64,000 nt of DNA from Eledone cirrhosa (GCA_964016885.1 OZ024759.1:35712001-35776000); one strand, 5' to 3'; positions 24,255-39,731 are shown, numbered from the stretch's first letter. Numbers and translations are program-made. Notes: generated by a model from the letters alone, not told the origin.

Positions 24255-24324
24255 GGAATTTATCAGCAAGTTTCATCAAAGCTGAGATTTCATTTTCTTT
24301 TGACTTCAACTCTTCAACATGTTC
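24241..24324 (-). CDS. MACF1: Spectraplakin exon (its 3' end seeds the adjacent tandem array)
   Basis: atttcag/gtaaat; 84 nt; EHVEELKSKENEISALMKLADKFRDDTQ. Confidence 0.88.
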
Positions 24325-24478
24325 CTGAAATAACAAACACAAGTTAATATTAATAATATTTACCACATTATATGGCAACACTATTATAATCCGACTCATT
24401 ATACATACATAATTATACAACAGCTGTGTGAGTATACACACCTAAATATATACTTGAGTATACATCAGGCAGTTTATA

Positions 24479-24522
<44 letters not shown>

Positions 24523-24722
24523 AAAATCTTTTCCCCCGAGTCCTGTATTTTCGTTGCTCTGGTGATGCGGCTGGACTGCCGATCGCTATATTTGATTTGC
24601 TAAGCTGTCTAAACTTATTGTTATTACTCTGGGGTACTTTTACCCATCCGAGTGCTAAAGCTACAGACCGAATTTGCATTCGTTAGCTTGGCCGCGAACT
24701 AAAGCTTCGTTAATGCTGTACT

Positions 24723-24762
<40 letters not shown>

Positions 24763-24858
24763 TAACAGATTAAAGTTTAAGCAAAGAATCGCTGCTTTCA
24801 CCCTTAACGGGATCTTCTGAAACTAACAAAGTCAATCTGTATTCGAATTTATTATTAT

Positions 24859-24917
<59 letters not shown>

Positions 24918-25563
24918 TATATAAAGGAAACAACAAACGAACAAACAGACATACATCTTTTAATATCAGTTTTCCCAGCTTGCAAGGGTTGTAGCGGGAG
25001 GAAGGGTTTGTGTGCTAAGTTCAAAATAACAATTACTTTGAAATATAATACACACACAGTATTATATATCTATTATTCTCTAAGTATAAACAAATTTCTC
25101 TTGGATTTCAGGGAAAAGCGGGCGTATGATGATGATGATGATATATATATCATCATCATCATCATCATCGTTTAACGTCTATCTTCCACGCTAGCATGGG
25201 TTAGACGGGAATTGTCCTACTTGAGGCAAGATTGGTCAGGTGACCATGTCTCGCTCATAGCGGACTATCTGGCAGGTTTTCTACGGCTGGATGCCCTTCC
25301 TAACACCAACCACATTTACAGTGTGGAACTGGGAACTTTTTACCGTGTTACCCACACCACCACATTACAGCGTGGACTGTGTTTTTTTTTTGTCGTGACA
25401 CCTACACGATCTCATTAGCTTGGACTGGATGTTGTGGTACCAACATAACTTTATAGAGAAAGGGTGGTGTTGGTGGGAGTGGGAGGGTGGAGTAGGGGTA
25501 GTGGGATGGGGTGTGTATTTGGTTTTGAGGGGCCTACTGACTGTAGGTTTCGCTTTGTACATA

Positions 25564-25613
<50 letters not shown>

Positions 25614-25919
25614 TACATACACACACGTATATACACAGAGCTAGGAGTGTAGCTAACATATGAGAACGTTGACATCTCAACATTAACAACAGTGTGAGTT
25701 ACCTCCCCTGTTTCCTCTGATCTTTTCCAGCTGTAACGACGTAATATGTTGTAGTCAACTTATGAAACTACGCCATTACAACTGTAGTCAACTTAACTCT
25801 ATATAGTTACAACTGGTTACTTACTACATACACACAGGAGCTTACTGTAATGTTATTATTTATTAAAGGAAACACCTATATATATATATGTGTGTAGTAC
25901 TATGTATGTTTATTAGTTA

Positions 25920-25971
<52 letters not shown>

Positions 25972-26234
25972 CGTCCGCTTTTCCTTGCTTACAAGGATGG
26001 GATGGGTCCTATTCAGCACAGCATCTCTCCACTTGTCACGGTCCTTCGTCATTTCCTCCGTGAGTTTCAGCGATCTCAGGTCTGCTCTCACCACCTCTGC
26101 CCATGTTTTTCGTGGTCTTCCTCTACTGGAATTTCTTGGCACTTCTTTACCCAGCGGTCATCCTCCATGCTCATCACATGTCCATACCATCTCAGTCTTC
26201 TCTCCTGCACACCACAACTTATCCCTCTTACACC

Positions 26235-26278
<44 letters not shown>

Positions 26279-26322
26279 CAACCGATACCAGCAGGGAAAC
26301 CTTATACTAGTCTGGTTAACCT

Positions 26323-26373
<51 letters not shown>

Positions 26374-26443
26374 GGTGTCCCAGAAAATGTATACACACTT
26401 CAATACCATTCTAATGAAAGAGGGTCTACATTGGGGGGGGGGG

Positions 26444-26503
<60 letters not shown>

Positions 26504-27179
26504 ATTAAACACATGACAACCTTTCGCCGAGAATTTTATTAAAGGTTGTGACCGTCACATATCTTTAGTCTCACTAAAGATCAGGGATTTTTTGCTGAGA
26601 ATAAGGATCTGTGATGGCGGTTTGACCGCAGCCCACCCGGGGCCGAATCCTCATATAGATATATCTTTAAAAAAACCCAAAACCTGAGGTGCCCCAGGCC
26701 CCCTCAGGTCTAAATCCAGCTCTGGACCTTCGGCCTATTTTATATGTTTATAGCATATCAGTGCCCGAGCACAACAGTCTTTATACTAACATTAATCAAT
26801 TATTAGGAAGTGTAATTGAGAAATAGAAATTAAATATATATATATAGGAATACAGTTTTACTTAAATAACTTTACAGTAGAATAACATAACTAATATGTT
26901 TTAAATATATACATAAATAACATTACAAATGCTTAGACAACATTATAAATAGCTCGCGATTCTTTCAGAAAGATATATTCTTTTAATGTTGCAATATTAA
27001 AGAAAATGTAAAGGAAGGAAGGGGTGAACAACGGAGCCAACACCAGAGCAAAAGACAGCAACGAGGGGTACTGGGCAACCTCTCTAATGATTTTTGAGGC
27101 AAGCCAGCATATTGTCAGTGTTACCTCGGGTGATGGCGAGGCTAATGCACTGGATATATATATATATAAATAGGCTTAC

Positions 27180-27353
27180 CTTGAGCATCCCGTACTGGAC
27201 TTCAAGATCTTGCTGTGATACCTTAATACCATGGCCCTTCTCAACAGCTGTGTCCATCCATTGGTCAAGATCTTCAACGATGTTGTAGAAGTCTTCCAGA
27301 TCTTCATAGAGATCGTCAAATTTCTTGGTCCTCGTTTCAGCTTCATTAGAGGC
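27180..27353 (-). CDS. MACF1: Spectraplakin exon, spectrin repeat
   Basis: tattcag/gtaagc; 174 nt; ASNEAETRTKKFDDLYEDLEDFYNIVEDLDQWMDTAVEK...QYGMLK. Confidence 0.9.
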
Positions 27354-27932
27354 CTGAATAGAGACAGAGAGAGGTAGAGACAGGCCCATGGGGGGTTGAT
27401 AACTCCGCATGTAAAATAAAATTTGTCAGCTATTACATCCAGGTAAATCCAACAGCAGGTGGTAATCAGGTAATATCCGTTTGAATTGAGAATGACAGAA
27501 ACAAGAAAACATGTTTGTTTTCTCCACCGAAGAGAAAAAGAGTCGTAAAGTATGGAAGGATTAAATTAAAGTGAACAAAAACGCCAGAGAGAAGAGAAAA
27601 AATAAATCTGGCGATGTTTTTTTTTTTTCTCTCACTATTTAAAAAAAAATAAAAAAAAATATATATAGTAAAATATATATATAGTAAGGGGAGGGGGTCT
27701 ATCCAAGTCACAACTTCATAACAGACTCAGTATATCCAGGGTATCGTCCAATGAAGACAATTAACCTTTTCTTTCACTATTTTTTAGTTCTTTCTCTTTT
27801 TTTCCTTTGGTTTTCTATTCAAGTCCCACAACTTCATAAGCTTAAGATAACCGGGGTGTCGGTTAAGAAAGACTAACAAGAACAAAGATATATCAACACA
27901 TATAACACTCGTGTGTTATATATGTATGTATA

Positions 27933-27966
<34 letters not shown>

Positions 27967-28889
27967 CATACACACTTTGAGCCAATACAAATACAGTGAT
28001 GTTAATAACTTTGGCGACAACTAACTACCACGTTTGGTCACCCTTTGTTTATTAAACAATAGAAATAATTAATTATTTCCGTTCAAATTGGTTTAATTAG
28101 TTGTCTTTCGAACAGATTAGAAGTGTGAAGCTCGCCTTTGATAGTCTGCCGCCGTAAAAATGGAGTTCAAAGGTGTTGTCGAATAAAATAGGAACACGAA
28201 AGAGGAATTTAAGTTGATCTTTTCCTCAGAGACAATAGTTTAGCGAGAACTTTGTATCTTTGGGTTTTTACGGGCGGAATTAAATTTACTTTAAACTTTC
28301 ACTTACAGACGTGAAACTGAATATTTCTGTTTTGGCAGAACTGAAGCAACACACACACACACACATACACACACACACATCCGCACTTACACACACAACC
28401 ATACACACCCCAGCACATGCACAAACACACCCACCAATAGAGACCTACTCACTCAAACACCAACCTACAAAGACACCCCCACCAGACACAGAAACACACA
28501 TATACATACACACACAGAAACACACACACACACACAGAGAAACATATACACATACACACAGACACATACACGACACACACACAGACACCCCCCCCCCCCC
28601 CCCCCCCACGCCACTAGGAAGGACGGCTGCACCTTAATAATGATGTTAACTCTAATATGACATCTGCTGAATAAACAAATAATCCTTTTCTTTTAATTTG
28701 TGTGAATGATAATTATTATTATTATATCATCAAGAACGAAGAAAGGGGATTAGAAGGAGTTCTACTTTAGGACCAAGACCAGCAATTTAAACCTCAGTAG
28801 TTAACTCGTACTGGATTTTAGCGGCCACCTTTCACCCCAACTCCTGAAGAGGATCTAGAGCAAGGTGGATTTCAGCGGGGATTTAAACT

Positions 28890-29760
28890 TCTTCGCCCAC
28901 TTATACCTGAGAGGGTCATGGGGTCAGAGATCTCAAACACTCCCTTCCTGTAGGTCCTGTCAGAAGTAACCGTCTCCAACTGATCCGGTTGGATCCCCAA
29001 GCTTGACTAGTCAAGCTCATGGATTTTATCCAACCATCTTCCTCGTGGTCTACCCCTGGGTCTCCTGCCAGTTGGTTTTTTCCACGTAAAATCTGTCCAG
29101 TGATTCTTTCCTGAGACATTCTAACCACATGTCCATAGTATCGGAGCTGTGATCTCTCAATTCGGAGAAGTAGTGGCTCCACCTAGAGTGACTCTCCAGT
29201 GATTCCTTCCTAAGACATTCTAACCACATGTCCATAGTATTAGAGCTGTGATCTCTCAATGTGGAGAAGTAACAGCTCTACCCGGAGTGACTCTCCAGTG
29301 ATTCTTTCCTGAGACATTCTAACTAATGTCCATAGTATTAGAGCTGTGATCTCTCAATGTGGAGAAGTAACAGCTCTACCCGGAGTGACTCTCCAGTGAT
29401 TCTTTCCTGAGACATTCTAACTAGATGTCCATAGTATCAGAGCTGTGATCTCTCAATGTGGAGAAGTAACAGCTCTACCCGGAGTGACTCCAGTGATTCT
29501 TTCCTGAGACATTCTAACTAGATGTCCATAGTATCAGAGCTGTGATCTCTCAATGTGGAGAAGTAACAGCTCTACCTGGAGTGACTCCAGTGATTCTTTC
29601 CTGAGGCATTCTAACTAGATGTCTATAGTATCAGAGCTGTGATCTCTCAATTCAGAGAAGTAACAGCTCTACCTGGAGTGACTCTCTGATCTCATTTTAT
29701 GTCTCAGTCTATCAGTCAGACAGTCTGTCAACCAAACAGTCTATGTGTCTGTTTGTCATC
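28890..29760 (-). mobile_element. RTE LINE fragment with a 97-99-bp internal tandem array (about 6 copies)
   Basis: EPLLLRIERSQLRYYGHVVRMSQER (RTE C-terminal region); related fragments at about 15970-16185 and 31360-31560. Confidence 0.8.
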
Positions 29761-30850
29761 TTGCCTATCTACCAAACAATCTGAGTCTCTGTCTATCTAC
29801 AAGATATCTCTGTGTTATACTGTTAATTGGCTGTGTTAACTCATTACGTAAATATAATTAGCATGAAGTAACCAGTTTAGGCAGAAATTATGTAAACTTC
29901 AGTGAAATTAGAACTAAATTCGTGCTTAAGTGTCCTGCCACCAACACGAACTGACACAGGTGGAATATTATATAGATATAGACATACACATAGATATATA
30001 TTATATAGACATACACATAGATATATCTATATTATATACTCATACACATAGATATATCTATATTATATACTCATACATATTGCTGACATACACATTATAT
30101 ACGCATAGATACATATATAGACATACATATATGCATATTGCTGACATTATATGGGCATATACATGTATATCGCCATATTGGAGGGGTAACTATGTGAGGT
30201 ATGTCGCCATATTGGAGGGGGTAACTATGTTAAGTATCGCCATATTTGAGGGGGTAACTATGTGAGGTATGTTGCCATATTGGTGGGGTAACTGTAAAGT
30301 GTGTTGTTATTTATAGGATGGTGATAATAAAAAGTCAACTGTCAGCCGATGGTAGTGAATATTTAAGTTGTTAGGGAGCCTAGCCATAGATAACCTCGAC
30401 CGACACACCACAACCTTTAATGTACTAAAAATAGACAATGATAAAATTAGTACAATCAATTGACAAGTAGGAAAAGAGGTGGTCAACCAACAGTTTTAAT
30501 TTGCAGAGGAGAAAAAAAATATATAGAAAAAGAAAAACAACGGGAATGTCTGCTTCTCTGTTTTAAGGCTTCAAATGATTCATTTTAACGCCGTCGTCGT
30601 TGTCGCAATGATCAGATATCGTCTGCTTTTAGCTATGGTTGGTTGTCCGTTAAAAATAGAACGTTCTCGTCAACTGAACATTGAATTCTTAAGTTTTCTC
30701 AGCCTAAAAGAAAATATTGTCTGTCAAACCTAACAAAAAATAATCAATCAAGATTGTGTCATAACTTCATTGGCTGATAAAATAATGTTGAGCGGTTTTC
30801 TGGTTATTCTTTTTTTTTTCAAACTGCAGACTGACCCCATTAGTCGGCCA

Positions 30851-30906
<56 letters not shown>

Positions 30907-30911
<5 letters not shown>

Positions 30912-31064
30912 AACGAGTAGGACCCCGACGGCTGAGCTCAAGCCGTTTCGACGGGTAAAAAATTTTATTTTTTTATTTTTATTTATTTATTTATTTATTT
31001 ATTAGTCCAGAATTAGCCGTCGAAACGGCTTGAGCTCAGCCGTCGGGGTCCTACTCGTTCCTAT
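30907..31064. repeat. Perfect 48-bp inverted repeat with AT-rich spacer
   Basis: 30907-30954 is the exact reverse complement of 31017-31064. Confidence 0.95.
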
Positions 31065-31140
31065 TACCCACTCTACTACCCTAAGTATTGAGTACTTTGG
31101 TACGTTATGGTCCACCTGGTTCCTTACCACATTTTCTCCG

Positions 31141-31196
<56 letters not shown>

Positions 31197-32405
31197 TGGG
31201 TTATTAGAAATTAAGAAGAAATTCTACAAATACCTAACACAACCTTCGTCCTCCGAGACACGGGAGGGAGATGGGAAATTTTCAAGATTTTTTTCTATTT
31301 TAGTGGGTACGGATAAAACATTATTTTGGGCGCCAGCGGGGGTGGGGGGAATAAAGTAACCTCTTCGTCTTCTTCGCCCACTTGGGGACAGAGTCCTCAA
31401 ACACTCCTTCCAGCAGGTTCTGTCAGAAGCAACCGTCTCCAACTGATCTGGCTGGGTCTCTAAGGGAGAAGGGTCTTTGGAGTAACGTTACACGATAGAG
31501 GGCGTAGCTCAGAGAGTCACTCCAAGTAGAACCGTTACTTCTCCCAATTGAAAGATCACAATCCTTCGGAGGTCGATAAAATACAATACCAGTGAAATAC
31601 TGAGGTCGATATAATCAACTTTCCCACCCTTCCTCTCCCCTCAAATTGCCTGAATCAGTGAACACTATATTCAGCCACCCACCCCTCAGTGTACAAGAAT
31701 GGTTGCTGACAGATTTAGATGTAAAATGTAAGAGGGAAGGGACGAAGATGTGACTTATATACGCGGGAATTAGGGCATGGGGCGGTCCTACTCAGACCAG
31801 CCAACCTCTAAAAACCCAAACAGGGAGTACCATGAAATAAAGTGCCACAAAACGGGGAGAAATGAGGCAAAACAGGGAGATTTTACATAATGAAAGCTAT
31901 ATCCATTTTCACAAGAAAAGACACATCTCACCTACCCCAAAGTGTGTGGGAGATCTCCCCGTCGGATGGGGAGAGTTAATAAGTCTGCCTACACTCCTTA
32001 TCAATTTTAAACGAGACAGTTTTTAGATATTGTGTAATATTAGCCTGAAGGGCTAATTAGGTAGGACCCTAATATCTTCGTTAATTAATCCAACCTAGAT
32101 ACCAGTAAGATGAGAGATCTTATCATCTCTAGTTAAGTTGGAAACAATCATTTGCATATGTTCACTGAATATAATACAACCACCACACACACGTATATAT
32201 ACACATATATATATATATATATATATACATGCATGCACGTGTATACGCATATATGAATGTATATATATTCATATGGAACAAGCTGTTGAAACAGCAAGAG
32301 CTCAGCCGTCGGCCTCCGACTCTAATATAACCATACTCTACTATCCCAAGTATCGAGTACTCTGTTAAATAATGGTCTAACTAGTTTTAAACTGGTTTAA
32401 TTCTG

Positions 32406-32438
<33 letters not shown>

Positions 32439-32701
32439 TGTATATGTATACATATATATATATACATATACACACAGAATGAGAGATACACCTCTCTCTC
32501 TCATATATATACATATATATATATCATTTATATACACACACATATATACTATATATGAGCGTGTGTAGAGAGAAAGGTGATGTTGGCTTACAACTGAATA
32601 ATTTGTCAAATCAATACTACTTATGTCCCCTTGTCTTCACCCCTCCCTCTCCGCTCTTCTTCCTCGTTATGTAAGGTGGAAAAACCAAGACAAATTTTTA
32701 C

Positions 32702-32740
<39 letters not shown>

Positions 32741-32868
32741 AAAGTTAAACAAGGTTCAATGAATACATCAAAGAATGAGTTTTACAATAGATTGGAAACA
32801 CTCAACAGAAAAAAGGTTTTCCAGAGTTATTAATATTAATTCAAAATATCTATTTGGTTAATATTTTG

Positions 32869-32921
<53 letters not shown>

Positions 32922-34802
32922 TCGTTTAACGTCCATCTTCCACACTAGAATGGGTTAGACGGTTTTGTTCCACTTGATGCGGGAATGGTCAGGAGACCGT
33001 GTCTCGCTCGAACAGAAGCGTCTCTGGCAGGTTTTCTATGGCTGGATGCCCTTCCTAACACCAACCACTTTTACAGTGTGGACTGGGAGTCTTTTCACCG
33101 TGTCTCCTACACAACCACTTTACAGTGTGGACTGGGTACTTTTTGTTGGGGTCACCTACACAATGGACGGAAATGGGAGGATGGGGTAGGGTGTGTGGGG
33201 TGGTGTATATATTGGGTTAAGAGGTACCTACTGACTAGGTATCTAGACAAGGGAAGGCGGGTCTTCTATACAACTGCATAGCGCCAAAGATCTGGATCCA
33301 GTGACATTGTCTTAGAGAGGTGTAAGCGAGCTAGTATTGGCCCAGGCCATGTCTAAGTTAATAGCAGTACCTAGTATATATATCATATTTAATATAGAAA
33401 TGGCTCGTACAGGACGAGAACTGTTTCATTCGTGGAATGCTCAGATACTTACTTACGCGTCAATGTGATGAGCAGGCCCTTCCTTGGATCAAACAATTGG
33501 AATAGACTCATCACCGAAACCGACCAAAGTCCATACCATTCACGTATTATGAACAAACTCATCGTCGAGACCGACAGAAGTCCATTTCCTTCACTTATTA
33601 CGGAGCTATAAGGATCAAGTGGGAGAGGGGGGGGGACCATTGTTACAGTAGTTAAGTCTTTGGTTGACCTTAATCCCGGCTCTAGAGTCATAAAGACAGC
33701 GGGTTAAGCTTGTATAGGGGACCCTACTTGATAATTTCATTTGAAGCCCTTCTATCAATTTGAATATATCATTTAAGGTAGCAAAAGAACGGTAGGTTAG
33801 CAGCAATCGGCGGAGCGTCGGACAATCCCACCAAGGTTAGCTTTACCTTTCATCCTTACGAGGTCGATAAAATAAAGTACCAGTAATACACTGGGGTCGA
33901 TTTAATCAACTTTCCCCTCTCCCCAAATTGCTGGCCTTGACCCTAAATCAGGAGCCACATTTATGGTAGCAATACACACAAACCCCTAAACATACATTGG
34001 TTTAATTTAATCAACATTAGCTCTGTTGAATTAAATATATATTTTTTTAGAACCAGCATTGAAATGGTTAAATATTGTAGGGGCCACTGGAACAGACCCT
34101 AATTCACGCCCTCACACACCACACCACCCTCTATCACTGCGGCTGCACAATTAACACTTTGATAGATGAGATAGGGTGCAAGGTGGGGCGGGGATAAGCT
34201 GGTGTTGGGTAGAGTGGGCTGGTGTGGGTTGGAGTGGGCTGGTGTGGGGTGGAGTGGGGTGGGGTAGTATGGTGTGGTGTGTGGGGTGGGGTGGTGTTGG
34301 GCGGTCTGGTGTGGGGTGGGGTGGTCTGGGCATATGACACAGTTATGACTCCTTATTTAGAGAAATAGATTAATAAGAGCTAGGCCCTTATTTCATTATC
34401 TCCCAGAAATCGGCAGATGTAAGAGAGAGAGACAGAGAGAGCGAGAGAGAGAGAGTGAGAGCGAGAGAGAGTGAGAGCGAGAGAGAGTGAGAGCGAGAGA
34501 GAGTGAGAGCGAGATAGAAAGAGAGAAAGACAGAGAGACAAAGAGAGAGAGAGAGAAAGATAGAGAGAGAAAGATAGAAAGAGAGAGACAGAGAGAAGTA
34601 AAACAGCTGGCTCTATTAGTAACCTCCTATTTAACACGCAATCAAGACAACATAATCAGTCACCCCCCACCCCTAATTAAAATAATTTAATAGCTTTATA
34701 ATCACCTTGACGAGGGATTTCACCTGTTTAAAATTATCAAACTTCTTTTTTTTCGTTTTGCATCAATATTTTGTTTTGTTTTAAATAGAAGAATTATCTA
34801 AT

Positions 34803-35085
34803 AGGGATACACGTGTTTGTGGAGCACTCGGCCACCTTCAATGTACTACAAGGTGGCGCCTTGTAGTACATTGTAACTTGCTGAATCTCCCTGAGAATTA
34901 CACTAAGGGTACACGTGTCTGTGGAGCACTCAGTCACCTTCAGTGTACTACAAGGTGGCGCCTTGTAGTACATTGTAACTTGCTGAATCTCCCTGAGAAT
35001 TACACTAAGGGTACACGTGTCTGTGGAGCACTCAGTCACCTTCAGTGTACTACAAGGTGGAGCCTTGTAGTACACTGTAACTTGC
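34803..35085. repeat. 102-bp tandem repeat (about 2.7 copies), each with a 12-bp hairpin
   Basis: Period 102 (34907 to 35009); tgtactacaagg-tggcg-ccttgtagtaca; adjoins a SINE fragment. Confidence 0.85.
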
Positions 35086-36035
35086 TTAAGGACACAGTGG
35101 ACTGGAGCAACGTGAAATAAAGTGTCTTGCTTAAGGACACAACGCTCCACAGGCAGGGCCTCCAAGAGAAATTTTGCAAGGCAGTACAAGACCCCTTTGG
35201 GGCCCGAAGCAGGAACAGATCTTTCTCAAAATGTATGTTTGCATGGTTGCTGTGGGGCCTTCTTAGCTCTTGGGTCCCGGAACAAAGTACCGACTGGACA
35301 CCACCCCTCTCATAGGCCCTGTCCACAGGGACCGAACACATTAAGGGCAATACAATAATTAAACCAAGACTGTAGGGGCTTTATATAAAATAAACAGGAA
35401 AAACAACAGGAAAGAAAGTAACAATACATTAATAACAACAGAGATCCCCAAATAAAGGGTGGGATGGAGGTGAGTACCACCCAGGGGTCATACAGGACCC
35501 CACCACCACCACCACCTCTCCCCGTCATAGGAAAGTGACCCTAATGATATTGTTTTTAATTTAGACAAGGCCAACAATTGGGGGTGGAGGGGAAGTTGAT
35601 TAAATCGACCCCAGTGTATTACTGGTACTTTATTCTATCGACCCCCGTAAAGAATGAAAGGCAAATTTAACCTCGGTGGGATTTGAACTCAGAATGTAAA
35701 GGGCCGTAACTCTGTGTCACAAAGCATAATGTCCGACGCTCTACCGATTATACAGACAACCCACCGCCCTTTAAACTTATAAAAATAATTTTTTCTACTA
35801 TCGGCACAAGGCCAGCAATTACCCAGTGTATTACTGGTACTTTATTTTATCGACACCGTAAGGATGAAAGGCAAAGTCAACCTCGGCGGGATTTGAATAC
35901 AAAATAAAATAATACAAAATAAAATACAAAATAAAATACAAAATAAAATACAAAATAAAAAAAGATTTGTTAGGGCGGTGCCCAAGCATGGCCTCAGCCG
36001 GGTGGCTGGAAGAGGTAAAAAAATGGTAAACTTAC

Positions 36036-36200
36036 GGCTCCAAATCGGAACTTCAAGTCAGATGTATTATATCGCAGCTTCTGATACTGTTGGTCTTTCT
36101 CAGCCCTCCGAGACTTTTCCCTAGCTTCGAGGATTTCCTCGGCTTCCTTTAACGTAGACTTCACAATCGGCTGCTCTTTCTCAATATCGTGGTGGATGCT
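36036..36200 (-). CDS. MACF1: Spectraplakin exon, spectrin repeat
   Basis: ctttcag/gtaagt; 165 nt; SIHHDIEKEQPIVKSTLKEAEEIL...TSDLKFRFGA. Confidence 0.9.
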
Positions 36201-36749
36201 CTGAAAGTAATTGACACTGATTTTTAGCATATCAACTCCAGGCAGAAGACAATAACAGCCATTCGTTATATCATCTCGTCTTTCTATTATGTTGGCTCCT
36301 GCTAAAACAATAACAACAACCAGTGTTTTGGTTGGGGTGGTGGCCTAGGGTGGCTGAGCTAGGCTGGGGTAGCGGCCTAGGCTAGGCTAGGCTGGTTCTT
36401 TCGCTTATAAAGATGCAACAAACCAGGTGTGTTGTGTAGCACTGTTTGTTGTTACCTGGTACCTCTCCCCCTCTCTTTCTCTCTCTCTCTCTGTTTATTT
36501 CTTTCTGTGTGTTTATTTCTCTCACTGTCTGTGTATGTGTGTGTCTCTCTCTCTCCCTCTGTCTGTGTATGTCTCTCTCTCTCTCTCTCTCTCTCTGGCA
36601 CCACAGTATTGTGTGTACCGTAGATAGATAGATAAAGGGCTAGAGAGAGAGAGAGAGAGAGGGGGGGGTCTACAGTGAGTCTTGAGAGATAGCTTAGTGC
36701 AAGAGATGATATATAGGTGGGCTGGTCTGGTATATATGTCAGTTGTTAG

Positions 36750-37605
36750 GGTGATGGTGGCGGTGGTGGTGCTGATGGTGGTGGTGCTGGTGGTGGTGGT
36801 GTTTATAATGATGGTGGTGGTGGTGGTGGGGAGAATATAATGGTGTTTATAATGATGGTGGTGCTGATGATGGTGGTTATAATGATGCTGATGGTTGTGG
36901 CTGTGGTGCTGATAGTGGTGATGATGATGCTGATAGTTGTGATGGTGCTGCTGCTATTGGTGGTGGTGATGATGTTGATGGTAGTAATGATGATGATGCT
37001 GATGGTTGTGATGGTGCTGCTGATGATGATGGTAGTAATAGTGATGATGATGGTAGTAATGGTGATGATGATGATGGTAGTAATGGTGATGATGATGGTT
37101 GTGATGGTGCTGCTGATGATGATGGTAGTAATAGTGATGATGATGGTAGTAATGGTGATGATGATGATGGTAGTAATGGTGATGATGATGGTTGTGATGG
37201 TGATGATGATGATGGTAGTAATGGTGATGATGATGGTTGTGATGGTGATGATGATGATGGTAGTAATGGTGATGATGATGGTTGTGATGGTGATGATGAT
37301 GATGGTAGTAATGGTGATGATGATGGTTGTGATGGTGATGATGATGATGGTAGTAATGGTGATGATGATGGTTGTGATGGTGATGATGATGATGGTAGTA
37401 ATGGTGATGATGATGGTTGTGATGGTGATGATGATGATGGTAGTAATGGTGATGATGATGGTTGTGATGGTGATGATGATGATGGTAGTAATGGTGATGA
37501 TGATGGTTGTGATGGTGATGATGATGATGATGGTAGTAATGGTGATGATGATGGTAGTAATGGTGATGATGATGATGGTAGTAATGGTGATGATGATGAT
37601 GATGC
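36750..37605. repeat. Compound (ATG/GTG/GTA)n microsatellite
   Basis: Direct inspection; source of the poly-M/V/H ORFs. Confidence 0.95.
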
Positions 37606-37720
37606 AATGCTGCTGCGTAAATATTGGTTCACCAATTTATTACGCATGTTATGGTAGTAAAAACAGTGATTCAACTTTCTTAAGGGTGGATATTGCGTGT
37701 GTGTGTGTGTGTATATATAG

Positions 37721-37752
<32 letters not shown>

Positions 37753-38659
37753 CGTGTGCGTGTGCGTGTGTGTGTGTGTAGTGTGTGTGTGTGCATACCT
37801 ATATATTTACATGCCCGAGGGATACATACACACACCCTTGTGTTGGTAGATCTTAATTAACAGGAGTATTAGTAATATGCAAATTAGTACGTCTATTTCA
37901 GTACACTACTAGAAGTGAGGGTATATAAGCCCCTGGGTACTAGAAGTGATAGGGTATATAATCCCCTGGGTACTAGAAGTGAGGGTATATAAGCCCCTGG
38001 GTTACATATTTCCTTGTTGTTTAGATGGTGTACATCCCTTCAGATGAGAATCCAATCAGGTTCAAAAATCGCTAAAAAGATTTTTATCACTTTTTCAATT
38101 TACAAGTAAATCCACATACAGCAATAATGTAGATTTATATATCTCTACCCTGTAAATGTATAGATAGGGTGTCTTGAAAAATATATACACACTTTGACAG
38201 CAGATAACTCAAATGTGTATACTTTATTTTTTTTTTGGGGGGGGGGGGGGGACACACCCTATATATACAGGTGTAACACATTGTAGGGCTAGCCTAGGGT
38301 GCTAAATACCCAGATACACATTGTAGAGCTCACCTAGGGTGTTAAATACCCAGGTATACATGGTAGAGCTAACCTAGGGTGTTAAATACCCAGGTATACA
38401 TTGTAGAGGTGGTGACACACACACACACACAACCACACTACTCATTCACACATACACACACATATCGTACACTACACACTCCCCTATCAACACACCACAC
38501 CCACGCTACCACTCACAACCCACCACCACCCACTAACACACCACACCCACGCTACCACCCATTAACACACCCACCACACCCACCACCCACCTTCAAAATA
38601 AGACAATTAAAACAGAAAAAAAGTTTTTTATTTTTAGTTTAGTATCAGATTTCTGCAAC

Positions 38660-39666
38660 ACATGTGTGCGTGTGTATATGTATGTGTACGTGTGTGTATA
38701 TGTATGTGTGAGGGTGTGTGTGTGTGCATGTGTGTGTATGTGTACGTGTGTGTATATGTATGTGTGAGGGCGTGTGTGTGTGCATGTGTGTGTATGCGTA
38801 CGTGTGTGTATATGTATGTGTGAGGGCGTGTGTGTGTGCATGTGTGTGTATATATAAATGTGTACGTGTATGTATATGTATGTGTACGCGTGTGTGTGTG
38901 TAGATATATATATGTGTGTGTGTATGTGTGTGCAGTCTTCCTGTTGATTAGCATCCACAACACTTGTCCCCCTCCCCCTCAGAATAACAGACCAATATAT
39001 ATATATATATACACACACATATATATATATACACACATATATATATACATATATATATACATATACACATGTATATATATATACACATGTATATATATAC
39101 ATGTATATATATACATGTATATATATACACATATATACACATGTATATATAGACACATATATACACATGTATATATATACATATATATATATACAGACAC
39201 ATATATACACATGTATATATATACATATATATATATATACAGACACATATATACACATGTATATATATACATATATATATATATACAGACACATATATAC
39301 ACATGTATATATATACATATATATATATATACAGACACATATATACACATGTATATATATACATATATATATACATGCAGATATATACACATGTATATAT
39401 ATACATATATATATACATGCAGATATATATATATATATACATGCAGATATATATATATATATATACATGCAGATATATATATATATATACATGCAGATAT
39501 ATATATATATATACATGCAGATATATATATATATATATATACATGCAGATATATATATATATATACATGCAGATATATATATATATATACATGCAGATAT
39601 ATATATATATATACATGCAGATATATATATATATATACATGCAGATATATATATATATATACATGC

Positions 39667-39711
<45 letters not shown>

Positions 39712-39731
39712 TATATATGCATATATATACA

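Noticed and set aside
30540-30720. Strong acceptor-like ttttcttttag in non-repetitive intron sequence
   Set aside because: Stop codons follow quickly in all three frames; no evidence for a coding exon.
33449-33806. Possible extra exon ending at gtaagtaagt (minus strand)
   Set aside because: No spectrin-like peptide and no clean acceptor or phase fit; flanking exons already join in frame; a (GTAA)n end fits a retroposon tail.
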